A DNA stretch of 64,000 nucleotides, from the NCBI GenBank assembly GCA_035708525.1, contig DASSSH010000026.1, forward strand, positions 478 through 64,477, in the 5' to 3' direction. This document shows positions 34,919-44,552 of the stretch, one piece after another (position 1 is the stretch's first letter; the number at the start of each line of letters is the position of its first letter). The stretch comes from Candidatus Methylomirabilota bacterium (lineage in GTDB: Bacteria; Methylomirabilota; Methylomirabilia; Rokubacteriales; CSP1-6). Position numbers and translations under genes: made by a program. The notes beneath the pieces are model-generated. The model did no database searches, had not been told where the DNA came from, and saw nothing but the letters and a program-made list of their open reading frames with translations.

Positions 34919-35107
34919 TTGACAGCTCACCGTCCCTACGGTGCGGGGTATTACCCGTCGGCGTACGCCTATCCGACGCGGGAGGTCCAGTACCCGCACG
35001 GGCGCTACGAGCTGTACGGCGACGGCTAGCGAACGCCCTATCAGTGGGTGTGGATCCCGAACCCGCCGCCTCCGTCCGCGGCTCCGCCGCCTCCGCCGGA
35101 CCGCTAG
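34919..35107 (+). pseudogene. relic or short paralogue of the YPxGRYELxGDG-TPxxWVWIP Pro-rich protein, interrupted by an in-frame TAG (35027-35029)
   Basis: …VQYPHGRYELYGDG-[TAG]-RTPYQWVWIPNPPPPSAAPPPPPDR* aligns with YPNGRYELRGDGVTTPFRWVWIPKPPPGPP of gene 20108..20698. No convincing signal peptide lies upstream. Confidence 0.3.
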
Positions 35108-35406
35108 CGGCGGGGTTTGCGCCTCCGCGCGAGCATCGTCTGCATCAGCCGCTTGGCCTTGGCGAGCTCGGCGCGGCGGGCGGGTGTGAGCTGACGGCCG
35201 GCGCGGTTGATGAAGAACGTCAGCATGCGCAGCCCCGAGGAGACCCCTCGAGGGCTCACGCGCTTGGAGGCGAGCGTTCTCGCGATCGTGCGGGCATCCC
35301 GGGTGAACAGCCCCTTGGGCGGGTACGTCGAGACCGTGGTGACCGTGTGGCTCCAGTAGCGAGTCTTCCTCCGAGCTGATTTCCGGCGGTGTCGCCGTGT
35401 CGTCAT
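35104..35406 (-). CDS. DUF3175 domain-containing protein
   Basis: WSHTVTTVSTYPPKGLFTRDARTIARTLAS...SGLRMLTFFINRAGRQL...LAKAKRLM. Confidence 0.8.
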   Translation of the reverse strand: MTTRRHRRKSARRKTRYWSHTVTTVSTYPPKGLFTRDARTIARTLASKRVSPRGVSSGLRMLTFFINRAGRQLTPARRAELAKAKRLMQTMLARRRKPRR

Positions 35407-35504
35407 CGCGGGTCGCCTCCTCGCCCTCTTTCTGCAAGCCGGGCGGCGTGGGGCAGCTCGACGAGGCGATCAGGCGGCGAGCGACGGAGGCCCCACCCCG
35501 GTCG

Positions 35505-36344
35505 TCAGGTCTTGATGAGCTTGGCCCACTGGTCCAGGAGCGGCAGCACCGTGTCGCGCCCCTCCGGCGGCAGCCGCAGGATGGCCCGCGTGATCCCGGC
35601 CGTCGCGTAGGATTCGAGCGTCGCTTCGTCGGGCTTGGCGCCGAACACCGACACCGAGATGGTCTTCATGTCCCGTCCGGCTCTTGCCGCGCGGGCCCTG
35701 AGGTCCTGGAGCCCCGGCAGAATGGCCTCGTGCGCGCGCCCGCGCGGAAACCATCCGTCGCAGCAGTCGACCACGCGCTGGAGCGTGTGGGCGCTTTCGC
35801 CGCCCAGCAGGATCGGGGGATGGGGCTTCTGCTGGGGCTTGGGCCACGCCCAGATCTTGTCGAAGTTCACGAACCGGCCGTGAAACTCGGCCTCGTCCTT
35901 GGTCCAGATCTCCTTCATCGCGAGGATCTGCTCGCACAGCCGCTTGAAGCGCGTGGGGAAGTCCGTGCCATGGTGCTCCATCTCCTCGCGATTCCACCCA
36001 CCGCCCACGCCGAAAAGAAAGCGGCCGTTGGACAGGACGTCCAGGCTCGCGACCTCCTTGGCCGTGGTGATGGTGTCGCGCTCGATGAGCAGGCAGATGC
36101 CGGTGCCGATCTTGAGCCGCCGGGTAGCCGCGGCCGCCGCCATCAGCGAGACGAAGGGGTCGAAGGTATGGGAGTACTCCGTCGGGATCGGGCCGCCGCT
36201 GGGGAACGGGGTCCGCCGGCTGACCGGGATGTGGGTGTGCTCCGGGACGAAGAGCGACTCGAAGCCGCGCTCCTCGGCGGCCCGCGCCAGCTCGTCGGGG
36301 CGGATCGCGTAGTCCGTGGCGAAGATGCAGACGCCGATATCCAT
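35505..36344 (-). CDS. LLM-class F420-dependent oxidoreductase
   Basis: MDIGVCIFATDYAIRPDELARAAEERGFESLFVPEHTHIP, FLFGVGGGWNREE. Confidence 0.9.
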   Translation of the reverse strand: MDIGVCIFATDYAIRPDELARAAEERGFESLFVPEHTHIPVSRRTPFPSGGPIPTEYSHTFDPFVSLMAAAAATRRLKIGTGICLLIERDTITTAKEVASLDVLSNGRFLFGVGGGWNREEMEHHGTDFPTRFKRLCEQILAMKEIWTKDEAEFHGRFVNFDKIWAWPKPQQKPHPPILLGGESAHTLQRVVDCCDGWFPRGRAHEAILPGLQDLRARAARAGRDMKTISVSVFGAKPDEATLESYATAGITRAILRLPPEGRDTVLPLLDQWAKLIKT

Positions 36345-36441
36345 GGTGACCTCCTGATGGATTCCGGGGAGCGCTCCGTTCGTCGAGCGGAGTCTAGCAC
36401 AGGCACGTTTGGCGGTCCGGACTGCGCTATAGTACGGGGCC

Positions 36442-37650
36442 GTGGAAGCGATGAGGCCTTGGGATCACCCCGGCTCGCCGTCCGAGCGCCCCGGCGTGGA
36501 CTACGTGGAGCGGGCCAAGAAGCTCGCGCCTCAGATCGAGTCCTGGGCGGACCAGGGGGAGCAGGAGCGCCGGCTGCCCGAGCCCATGGTGGCCGCCCTG
36601 TTCGACGCGGGGCTCTTCCGCTTGCTCCTGCCGCGCACGCTCAACGGCGCCGAAGTCGATCCGGTGACCTTCGTGCATGTCGTCGAGGAGATCGCCAAGG
36701 CCGATGGCAGCGCCGCCTGGTGCCTGGGCCAGGCCGCCGGATGCTCGATGGTCTCGGCGTACCTGAAGCCGGACGTCGCTGCGGAGATCTTCGCGGACCC
36801 CCGGGCGCTGCTGGCCTGGGGGCCAGGGCCCGATGCGCGGGCCGTCGCCGTGGAGGGCGGCTATCGGGTGACGGGCACGTGGAGTTTCGCCAGCGGCTGC
36901 CGCCACGCTACCTGGCTGGGCGGCTACTGTTCGGTCTACGAGCCGGACGGCCGGCCCCGTCGACGCCCGGACGGCGCCCCCGTCGGGCGCACGATGTTGT
37001 TCCCCGTCGAGAGCGCCCGCCTCATCGACATCTGGAGCGTCGGCGGCCTGCGAGCGACGGGCAGCGACGCCTTCGCCGTCTCCGATCTCTTCGTCCCGAG
37101 CGAGCGCTCCGCCGCCCGCGATGACCCAGCCGAGCGGCTCCACCCGGGCCCACTCTACTGCTTCCCGATCGGATGCCTCTACGCCTCCGGCTTCGCCGCG
37201 GTCGCCCTCGGAATCGCCCGCAGCATGCTGGACGCCCTGGTCGACCTCGCCAAGGACAAGACTCCGCGCGGGTCGAAGCGCGTGCTGCGCGACAACGCGG
37301 TGATCCAATCCCAGGTCGCCCAGGCGGAGGCGCAGCTCCGCTCCGCGCGGCTGTTCCTCGTCTCCTCGCTCGAGGAGATCTGGCGCGCGGTCGAGCCGAC
37401 CGGCCTGCTCACCCTCGAGCAGCGAGTGCTGATCCGGCTGGCGTCGACCTACGCGATCCATCAGGCGAAGGAGGTCGCCGACGTCGCCCATCACGTGGCT
37501 GGCGCGACGGCGATCTTCACGGCGAGCCCATTCGATCGCCGGTTCCGGGACATCCACGCGGTGACCCAGCAGGTGCAGGGCCGTCAGGCCCACTTCGAGA
37601 CGGTCGGACAGTTCCTGCTCGGCCTCGAGCCCGACACCACCTGGCTCTAA
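36442..37650 (+). CDS. acyl-CoA dehydrogenase family protein (type-2/flavin monooxygenase-like)
   Basis: LFDAGLFRLLLPRTLNGAEVDP, IAKADGSAAWC, and SGCRHATW in the middle domain. The start could be GTG 36442 or ATG 36451. Confidence 0.85.
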   Translation: MEAMRPWDHPGSPSERPGVDYVERAKKLAPQIESWADQGEQERRLPEPMVAALFDAGLFRLLLPRTLNGAEVDPVTFVHVVEEIAKADGSAAWCLGQAAGCSMVSAYLKPDVAAEIFADPRALLAWGPGPDARAVAVEGGYRVTGTWSFASGCRHATWLGGYCSVYEPDGRPRRRPDGAPVGRTMLFPVESARLIDIWSVGGLRATGSDAFAVSDLFVPSERSAARDDPAERLHPGPLYCFPIGCLYASGFAAVALGIARSMLDALVDLAKDKTPRGSKRVLRDNAVIQSQVAQAEAQLRSARLFLVSSLEEIWRAVEPTGLLTLEQRVLIRLASTYAIHQAKEVADVAHHVAGATAIFTASPFDRRFRDIHAVTQQVQGRQAHFETVGQFLLGLEPDTTWL

Positions 37651-38166
37651 GCTGAGAGCCGCGAGGCGAAGTCGCTCCTCAACGCGTCGAGCCTCGACAC
37701 CCCTCGCCACTCCACGCGATCGCGCTCGAACGCGAGAAATAATTTCATCCTGCGTGTAATTCCTACACGGGGAACGCGGGCTGAGAGGGTCTGCCGACGG
37801 CGCGATCGCGGCTCCTCGTCGTGGGATTCATGGCGACCTGTTCGGCGCGCGATCGCGCGTCTTCTGCACTCTCTCCTTGGTGGCAACGCGGGATCTGCCC
37901 CAATGAATTCCAGGGGTCGACGCGGGAGCCAGCCCTGACGGCGGCATCACAGGCGGTGCGCTTCCTTCGCGATTCTTGAGCCTCCTGTCCGTCGTGAGCC
38001 TCCCACAGCGGCGAGAAGAACGGGCTCGAGGCCGATGGCACGCGGATTGAATGCATCGCCGACGACCTCCAGCCGAGCCGCTGGAGGCTTTGTGCGTCCT
38101 GGGACCGACGCCACTGGGCTTGGCTCGCGGTCCCGGGCATCGAACACGAGGGGCTGGGGAGGGCGG

Positions 38167-38421
38167 ATGTCTCAGGGACCACCATCAGGCGGAGCGAGCT
38201 CCGAGGCTGAGGGTGATCGCGCGACGGATGTGCTCCTGACGGAGCTTCGAATGTCTCGAAGCGACCTTGCCCATCTGGTCGAGGTGGTGAGCCGGGAGCG
38301 GCGACAGTACGTCGCCGTGTCGGCGCAGGCGGTGCAGGCCTGGGAGGCCCGGGAGCCACAGGCGTGGGCGACGGTCCGGGCCTGGCTGACGAACCGTGGC
38401 GTCCGCGTCGTGACGATTTAG
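38167..38421 (+). CDS. small hypothetical protein, possibly HTH-like
   Basis: GGGGAGGG RBS. DVLLTELRMSRSDLAHLVEV...VSAQAVQAWEAREP is reminiscent of XRE-type HTH proteins. Support is weak. Confidence 0.3.
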   Translation: MSQGPPSGGASSEAEGDRATDVLLTELRMSRSDLAHLVEVVSRERRQYVAVSAQAVQAWEAREPQAWATVRAWLTNRGVRVVTI

Positions 38422-38442
38422 GGAACGACCGCGAGGCGCCGA

Positions 38443-41400
38443 CTACTTCGCCGGGACGGGCTGGCTCGGCCGGGCCGGGTGCCGGCGTGCCCGCCACTGG
38501 CTCATGCGCTCCCGCAGCCCTTCGAAGTAGAGGTAGATGACCGGGGTGATGTAGAGCGTCAGCAGCTGCGAGAGCACCAGCCCGCCCACCACCGACAGCC
38601 CCAGCGAGCGGCGCGAGTCCGCGCCGGCACCGATGCCGATGGCGATGGGGAGGGTCCCCATCAGCGCCGCCATGGTGGTCATCATGATCGGGCGGAACCG
38701 CAGCCGGCAGCCCTCGTAGATCGCCTCCGCGGCGGGCTTGCCCGCGCGCTGCGCGTCCAGAGCGAAGTCGATCATCATGATGGCGTTCTTCTTCACGATG
38801 CCCACCAGCATCATGACGCCCACGAAGCCGTAGAGGTTCAGCTCCTGGTGGAAGAGCAGCAGGGTCAGCAGCGCGCCCACCCCCGCCGACGGCAGTCCCG
38901 AGAGGATCGTCAGCGGGTGAATGAAGCTCTCGTACAGGATCCCCAGGATCAGGTAGATCACCAGGACCGCGGCCAGGAGCAGCAGGCCGAGGCCCTGCAG
39001 CGACCGCTGGAAGGCCTGCACCGTGCCCTGAAAGCTCGTGCTCAGCGTGGCGGGCAGACGCAGCTCGCGCTCCATCTTCCGGACCTCGTCCACCGCGTCG
39101 CCCAACGAGACTCCTGGGCGCAGGTTGAACGAGATGGTGACCGCCGGCAGCTGCCCGAGGTGGTTGACCGTCAGCGGGCCGACCGTGCGCGTGAGCTTCG
39201 CCACCGAGCCCAGCGGCACCAGCTTGCCGCTCGACGCGCGGATGTAGAGCATGGAGAGCGCCGCCGGATCACGCTGGTACTCGGGGAGGAGCTCCATCAT
39301 GACCCAGTACTGGTTGGTCGGCGTATAGATCGTCGAGACCTGCGGCGCCCCGTAGGCGTTGTTCAACGCGCTCTCGATCTGGTCGGCGGTCACGCCCATC
39401 GCCGACGCCTTGTCCCGGTCGATCTCCACGAGGACCTGCGGGCTTGTGATCTGCAGGTCGGAGTTGACGTCCAGGAAGCCCGGGAGGCTGCGGATCTTCT
39501 CGTAGAGGACGGGCGCCCAGCGGTAGAGCACCTGCGTATCGGCGTCCTGCAGGGTGTACTGGAACAACCCCTTAGTCAGCTGGCCACCGATGCGGATGGT
39601 CGGCAGGATCTGCGGGTAGACATTGATGCCGGGGACGCCGTTGAGCTTGCCCCGCAGGTCCTGAACGATCTCCTCCGCGGACGGGCGCTCGGAGCGCGGC
39701 CGGAGCCGCATGAAGATCCGCCCGACGTTGGGTACGACGTTGATGCCGCTGGCGCCGATCCCTGAGAAGAACGACTCCACGTACGGCTGCTGGCGGACGA
39801 TCGCCGCGACCGCCTGCTGGTTGCGGGCCATGGCATCGAAGGAGACATCCTGGGAGGCCTCGGTGAAGGCGAAGACCTGGCCCGTATCCTCATTGGGGAT
39901 GAAGCCCTTGGGGATGATCATGAAGAGCCCGGCGGTGAGCAAGAGGGTGAGGACGAAGGCGATCATGGTGTAGCGCGGATGACGCAGCACCACTTTCAGC
40001 GTGCGGTCGTAGACGCGCAGCATGCCGTCGAAGACGCGCTCGGAGGTCGCGTAGAGCCGGCCGTGCGAGTGCTGGGGCGGCTTCAGGAAGCGGCTGCAGG
40101 CCATCGGGGTGAGGGTCAGCGAGACGAGGCCGGACACGAGGACAGCGGCGCCGATGACGACGGCGAACTCGTGAAGCAGCCGCCCCACCACACCGCCCAT
40201 GAAGAGCACGGGGAGGAACACGGCGGCCAGTGAGAGGGTCATGGAGACGATGGTGAAGCCGATCTCGTTGGCGCCCTTGATGGCCGCTTCCATGCGGGGC
40301 ATGCCCGCTTCCATGTGCCGGACGATGTTCTCGAGGACGACGATGGCGTCGTCCACGACGAAGCCCACCGCCAGCGTCAGCGCCATCAGAGAGAGGTTAT
40401 CGATGGTGTAGCCCAGCACGTACATCACCATGAAGGTGCCGATGATGGACATGGGCAGCGCCAGGCTCGGGATGATGGTCGCCGACACGTTGCGGAGAAA
40501 GAGGAAGATCACCAGGATCACGAGGGCCATGGCGAGGAACAGCGTGAACTGCACGTCGTGGACCGAGGCGCGGACCGACTGCGACCGGTCGTAGAGGGTG
40601 TTCAGACTCACCGAGGCGGGCAGCTGCGCCCGGAAGGCTGGGAGGATCTTCTTGATCGAGTCGACGACCTCGATGGTGTTGGTCCCCGGCTGGCGCTGGA
40701 TCGCCAGGACGACGGCCCGCTCGTCGTTGTACCAGCTCGCCACCTTGTCCGTCTGCACGCTATCGATCACGCGGCCCAGCTGCTCGAGCCGGACGGGGGA
40801 GCCGTTCCGATAGGCGACGATGAGCGGGCGGTACGCCGCGGCGGTCATGAGCTGTCCCGTGGCCTGCACGCTGAAGGCCTGATACGGCCCCCAGAGCGTT
40901 CCCGTCGGCAGGTTCACGTTGGCCTGGGCGAGCGCCTTCTGCACCTCGTCGATGCCGATGCCCAGGGTGGCCATGGCGCTCGGATCGAGCTGGGCGCGCA
41001 CCGCGTACTTCTGCGGCCCGAAGATCTGCACCTGCGCGACGCCGCTGATCGTGGAGATGCGCTGGGCCAGCATCGTGTCGGCGTACTCGTGCACGGTGTA
41101 CAGCGGCAGCGTCTTGGAGCTGAGCGCCATGTAGAGGACCGGCTGGTCGGCCGGATTGACCTTCCGATAGGACGGCGGGGTCGGCATGCCGGGCGGCAGC
41201 AGGGGCGCGGCGGCGGTGATCGCGGCCTGCACGTCCTGGCCCGCGGCGTCGATGTTCCGGTCGAGCGTGAACTGGATCGTGATCTGGGTCTGGCCCACGG
41301 CGGAGGTCGACGTCATGGAGTCGATCCCGGCGATCGTCGAGAACTGCCGCTCGAGGGGCGTGGCGACCGCGGAGGCCATCGTGTCGGGATTGGCGCCGGG

Positions 41401-41550
41401 CAGGCTGGCGGTGACCTGGATGGTGGGGAAATCCACGTTCGGCAGATCGCTCACCGGCAGGCGCTGGTAGGCCATGACGCCGAAGACCAGGATGCCCGCC
41501 ATGACCAGGCAGGTCATGACGGGACGCCGGATGAAGAGGGCGGGACTCAT
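38443..41550 (-). CDS. RND efflux transporter permease (AcrB/MdtC family)
   Basis: 1035 aa. FIRRPVMT N-terminus, 12-TM/two-loop architecture, and conserved VVDDAIVVLENI and GIVKKNAIMMIDFA. Confidence 0.95.
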   Translation of the reverse strand: MSPALFIRRPVMTCLVMAGILVFGVMAYQRLPVSDLPNVDFPTIQVTASLPGANPDTMASAVATPLERQFSTIAGIDSMTSTSAVGQTQITIQFTLDRNIDAAGQDVQAAITAAAPLLPPGMPTPPSYRKVNPADQPVLYMALSSKTLPLYTVHEYADTMLAQRISTISGVAQVQIFGPQKYAVRAQLDPSAMATLGIGIDEVQKALAQANVNLPTGTLWGPYQAFSVQATGQLMTAAAYRPLIVAYRNGSPVRLEQLGRVIDSVQTDKVASWYNDERAVVLAIQRQPGTNTIEVVDSIKKILPAFRAQLPASVSLNTLYDRSQSVRASVHDVQFTLFLAMALVILVIFLFLRNVSATIIPSLALPMSIIGTFMVMYVLGYTIDNLSLMALTLAVGFVVDDAIVVLENIVRHMEAGMPRMEAAIKGANEIGFTIVSMTLSLAAVFLPVLFMGGVVGRLLHEFAVVIGAAVLVSGLVSLTLTPMACSRFLKPPQHSHGRLYATSERVFDGMLRVYDRTLKVVLRHPRYTMIAFVLTLLLTAGLFMIIPKGFIPNEDTGQVFAFTEASQDVSFDAMARNQQAVAAIVRQQPYVESFFSGIGASGINVVPNVGRIFMRLRPRSERPSAEEIVQDLRGKLNGVPGINVYPQILPTIRIGGQLTKGLFQYTLQDADTQVLYRWAPVLYEKIRSLPGFLDVNSDLQITSPQVLVEIDRDKASAMGVTADQIESALNNAYGAPQVSTIYTPTNQYWVMMELLPEYQRDPAALSMLYIRASSGKLVPLGSVAKLTRTVGPLTVNHLGQLPAVTISFNLRPGVSLGDAVDEVRKMERELRLPATLSTSFQGTVQAFQRSLQGLGLLLLAAVLVIYLILGILYESFIHPLTILSGLPSAGVGALLTLLLFHQELNLYGFVGVMMLVGIVKKNAIMMIDFALDAQRAGKPAAEAIYEGCRLRFRPIMMTTMAALMGTLPIAIGIGAGADSRRSLGLSVVGGLVLSQLLTLYITPVIYLYFEGLRERMSQWRARRHPARPSQPVPAK

Positions 41551-42806
41551 CCGCCGGCGCCCTGACGCGGGGCGGCCGTGGGCGCGGTCTTGACGTCCAC
41601 GCGTGCGCCGGGCACCAGGCGTAGCTGCCCTTCCGTCACGACCTGCTCACCCGCCGCGACGCCTTTGGCGATGACGATGTTCCTGCCGTCCGTGATCCCG
41701 AGGACGACCGGGCGGACTTCCACCGTGCTGTCCGGCTTCACGACGAAGACGTACGAGCCCTGCTGGCTGCTCTGGATGGCCTGGGACGGCACCAGCACCG
41801 CGCGCGCCTGGGTCGTGAGGGTCAGCGTCACGTTGACGAACTGGCCCGGCCAGAGCGCGTTCTCGGCATTCTGGAAGGTCGCCTTCAGCTGGATGGTGCC
41901 GGTGGTCTGGTCCACCGTGTTGTTCACGAAGGTGAGGTCACCGCGGACCGTCGTCGGCGCCGGTCCGGGCGGCGTGGCCTCGACCTTGAGCTCGCCCGTG
42001 GCGCGGTAGCGCTTGATGCGCTCGAGCTCCTGCTCGGGAACGGAGAAGACGACGTAGATCGGGTGGACCTGGGTGATCACCACCAGCGGATTGCCGACGT
42101 CGTTGGCCTTGACGACGTTCCCCCGGTTGATGAGGACGTTACCGGTGCGGCCCTCGACGGGCGAGCGGATCACCGTGTAGCTCAGCAGGAGCTTCGCGTT
42201 CTCCACCATCGCGTCGTCCGCCCGGACCTGCGCCCGTGCATTGGCGATCGCGGCCCGGTCGGCCTCGATCGTGGCGGCCATCGTCCGCTCGGTCGTGACC
42301 AGTCGATCGTACTGCTCCCGGGCGACGTACCCCCGCTCCACCAGCTTGCGGTAGCGCTCCTCCTCGACCCGAGCGTTCTCGAGCTGGGCCATGTCGCGCA
42401 CCAGGTTGGCCTCCGCCTGGGTGACCTGGGCCTGGTGCTGGGCGCGCGTGGCCTGCGCCTGCTCGAGGGCGGCCTGGAACGGGCGCTGATCGATCGTGAA
42501 GAGCAGGTCGCCCTTGCGGACCTCCTGGCCCTCCTTGAAGTGGATCTGAAAGATCTCGCCCCCGACCAGGGAGAGCACGGACACGGTCGTGTAGGCCTGT
42601 ACGTTGCCGATGGCGCGCACCTGCACCGGGACGTCCTGCTCCATGGCCGTAGCCGCGGTCACCGGCAGACCCGGCTTCTGCCCGGCGGCCTTGGCGTCTC
42701 CCGGCCCGTCGCCGCGACAGCCGGCGAGCCCCCCGACGAGAAGCGCGAGGGCGAGGACGCCGGCGAAGCGCCGACCGCCGATACGGACGATCGGTCGGGC
42801 TGTCAC
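41547..42806 (-). CDS. RND efflux periplasmic adaptor (MFP) lipoprotein
   Basis: GTG 42806 after a GGAGG RBS, overlapping the TetR stop (GTGA). Lipobox LAGC, coiled-coil hairpin and beta-barrel motifs. The ATGA junction at 41547-41550 overlaps the RND gene. Confidence 0.88.
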   Translation of the reverse strand: MTARPIVRIGGRRFAGVLALALLVGGLAGCRGDGPGDAKAAGQKPGLPVTAATAMEQDVPVQVRAIGNVQAYTTVSVLSLVGGEIFQIHFKEGQEVRKGDLLFTIDQRPFQAALEQAQATRAQHQAQVTQAEANLVRDMAQLENARVEEERYRKLVERGYVAREQYDRLVTTERTMAATIEADRAAIANARAQVRADDAMVENAKLLLSYTVIRSPVEGRTGNVLINRGNVVKANDVGNPLVVITQVHPIYVVFSVPEQELERIKRYRATGELKVEATPPGPAPTTVRGDLTFVNNTVDQTTGTIQLKATFQNAENALWPGQFVNVTLTLTTQARAVLVPSQAIQSSQQGSYVFVVKPDSTVEVRPVVLGITDGRNIVIAKGVAAGEQVVTEGQLRLVPGARVDVKTAPTAAPRQGAGG

Positions 42807-43474
42807 GAGCGGCCTCCGTGTGGTGCGCCTTTCCGCCTTTGCCGGCGCCAGCGCTTCGGTCGGAGGGCCTCGGCGAACTGGCGCAGGAACTCGACACGCT
42901 GTCGGCGGAAGGCCGGCTCCATGGGCCGCAGCCCGGTGACCAGCCGGGTGAGCTGGGGAAAGGCCAGCGGGAGCATGGTGAGTCCCATCATGGCGAGAAG
43001 CAGATGACGGGGGTCGACATCGGACCGGAGGTGACCGCGCGCCTGACGGTCGCGCAGCAGCTCGACCGCCTGCTGGAGCCTGTGGCGTCGCTCCGTCTCC
43101 CGACTCACGGCTCCCGAGCCCATCTCGAGCGCCTCCCATTCCAGCAGCCGGATCCATTCGGGCTCGCTGTAGACCAGCCCGAACCAGTACGGGAGCGTCT
43201 CAGCCGGATCATCCGGTGTGGCGGTGATCCAGGCCGCGCGCTCCCCGAGCTTACGGCCCAGAACCGCGCGAAAGAGGCCATCCTTGCTCCCGAAGTAGTG
43301 ATAGAGCATCCGCTTGTTGACGCGGGCCCGTCGCGCAATGCGATCCACACGCGTCCCGGCGTAGCCGTGGGCCGCGAACTCGGCAAGCGAGGCAGCGAGG
43401 ATGCGCGCTCGCGTCCGCTCGGGGTGGCGGACGAGGTGCCGAACTTGAGTGGGTAGAGCGGCAACGGCTGCCAT
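42803..43474 (-). CDS. TetR/AcrR family transcriptional regulator
   Basis: N-terminal HTH RILAASLAEFAAHGYAGTRVDRIARRARVNKRMLYHYFGSKDGLF. Confidence 0.9.
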   Translation of the reverse strand: MAAVAALPTQVRHLVRHPERTRARILAASLAEFAAHGYAGTRVDRIARRARVNKRMLYHYFGSKDGLFRAVLGRKLGERAAWITATPDDPAETLPYWFGLVYSEPEWIRLLEWEALEMGSGAVSRETERRHRLQQAVELLRDRQARGHLRSDVDPRHLLLAMMGLTMLPLAFPQLTRLVTGLRPMEPAFRRQRVEFLRQFAEALRPKRWRRQRRKGAPHGGRS

Positions 43475-43475
43475 G

Positions 43476-43503
43476 CGGTTAGTAACCGTTTAGATACTAA
43501 CCG
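43476..43503. promoter_or_regulatory. perfect 9-bp inverted repeat (candidate TetR operator) abutting the tetR start codon
   Basis: CGGTTAGTA-N10-TACTAACCG in an AT-rich patch, beginning 2 nt upstream of ATG 43474. Confidence 0.5.
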
Positions 43504-43567
43504 CTTTGCTCCTGCGGTGCAACACGGAGCGGGCGCCCCGCAGGAGCACCACGGAAGGGTGGGCAGG

Positions 43568-43927
43568 CTACGCGGCCCGGCGCAGCGTGTCCGGCTTGGC
43601 CCCGTGCTCGCGGTCGGGCCTGGAGGAGGGCTGGATCACCAGCTCGTAGCCGCGCGGCACGCGGGCCAGCACGGCTGGCCAGACCTCGGCCAGGAGCGGC
43701 TCCCAGCCCGCCGGCACGGACACCTCCACCCGGCCGACGCGGCCGAGCGAGCCCGCGGTGACCCAGACCGAGATCATGGACTGCCCGTGGAGAGTATGGT
43801 CGACGGCGGACTGGATGTCGGCGCGCACGGCCAGCGCGCGCTCTTCGCGACGGTCCTTCCACAGACCCCAGCCCAGCGGGGCGAGCACCACCAGCGCGAG
43901 CACGATCAACGCGATCCAGTCGCCCAT
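43568..43927 (-). CDS. small membrane-anchored hypothetical protein
   Basis: MGDWIALIVLALVVLAPLGWGLW TM helix followed by a soluble domain, with coding-like GC3. Confidence 0.45.
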   Translation of the reverse strand: MGDWIALIVLALVVLAPLGWGLWKDRREERALAVRADIQSAVDHTLHGQSMISVWVTAGSLGRVGRVEVSVPAGWEPLLAEVWPAVLARVPRGYELVIQPSSRPDREHGAKPDTLRRAA

Positions 43928-44026
43928 GACCCTGTCCTCCCGCACGTTAAGACAGCGCCGGGAGCTCCGGGGATTCCGGTGCCGCTCTGGAATCCCTCGC
44001 GATGTCGGCAGCATCGCAAGGGTGTT

Positions 44027-44473
44027 ATGGCCAAGCGCATTCTGGTCCCCGTCGGGCCCAGCGAATCAGCCGACGCGGGCATTCCGCTCGTGGCCGAGCT
44101 GGCGCGCAGCACTGGCGCCACGGTCAGGCTGCTCACGGTCTACCCAGTGCCGCGTCTCGAGGCAGGCCGTGGCGGCGTTCCCTATGCGGATCGCGAGATC
44201 GAGCGGCTGCAGCGCGCGGGACTCCGGCGACTGGCGCCGCTCGCCGCCCGGCTCGACGGCGTGCCGGTGGAGATGATCGTCCGCTTCGGCAAGCCGGTCG
44301 AGGAGATCCTCATCGAATGCGAAGCCTTCGGCGCGGATCTGATCGCGCTCGGCTCGGTCGAGGAGGACTGGCGTCCCAGGTTCCTCGGTCTCGGGGTGGC
44401 CGATCGCGTGTTCCGCCGCGCCGCTGTGCCCGTCCTCCTGCTGCGCGCCCCATCCCTCGCCGTCGCCGCCTGA
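44027..44473 (+). CDS. universal stress protein (UspA family)
   Basis: KRILVPVGPSESA, GADLIALGS, GVADRVFRRAAVPVLLL. Confidence 0.85.
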   Translation: MAKRILVPVGPSESADAGIPLVAELARSTGATVRLLTVYPVPRLEAGRGGVPYADREIERLQRAGLRRLAPLAARLDGVPVEMIVRFGKPVEEILIECEAFGADLIALGSVEEDWRPRFLGLGVADRVFRRAAVPVLLLRAPSLAVAA

Positions 44474-44552
44474 CGGCTCGCGACCGGTTGCCGTCGCGCC
44501 GCGCTCCGCTGTACACTCCTCGCGGGCCCAGACTTCACGAGGAGACCCCACG

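Noticed and set aside
35027-35029. The in-frame TAG as a pyrrolysine codon.
   Set aside because: No pyl genes or methylamine methyltransferases are nearby. The aligned residue in the paralogue is an ordinary Val-Thr. The locus lacks a proper N-terminus, so a relic or short peptide is more parsimonious.
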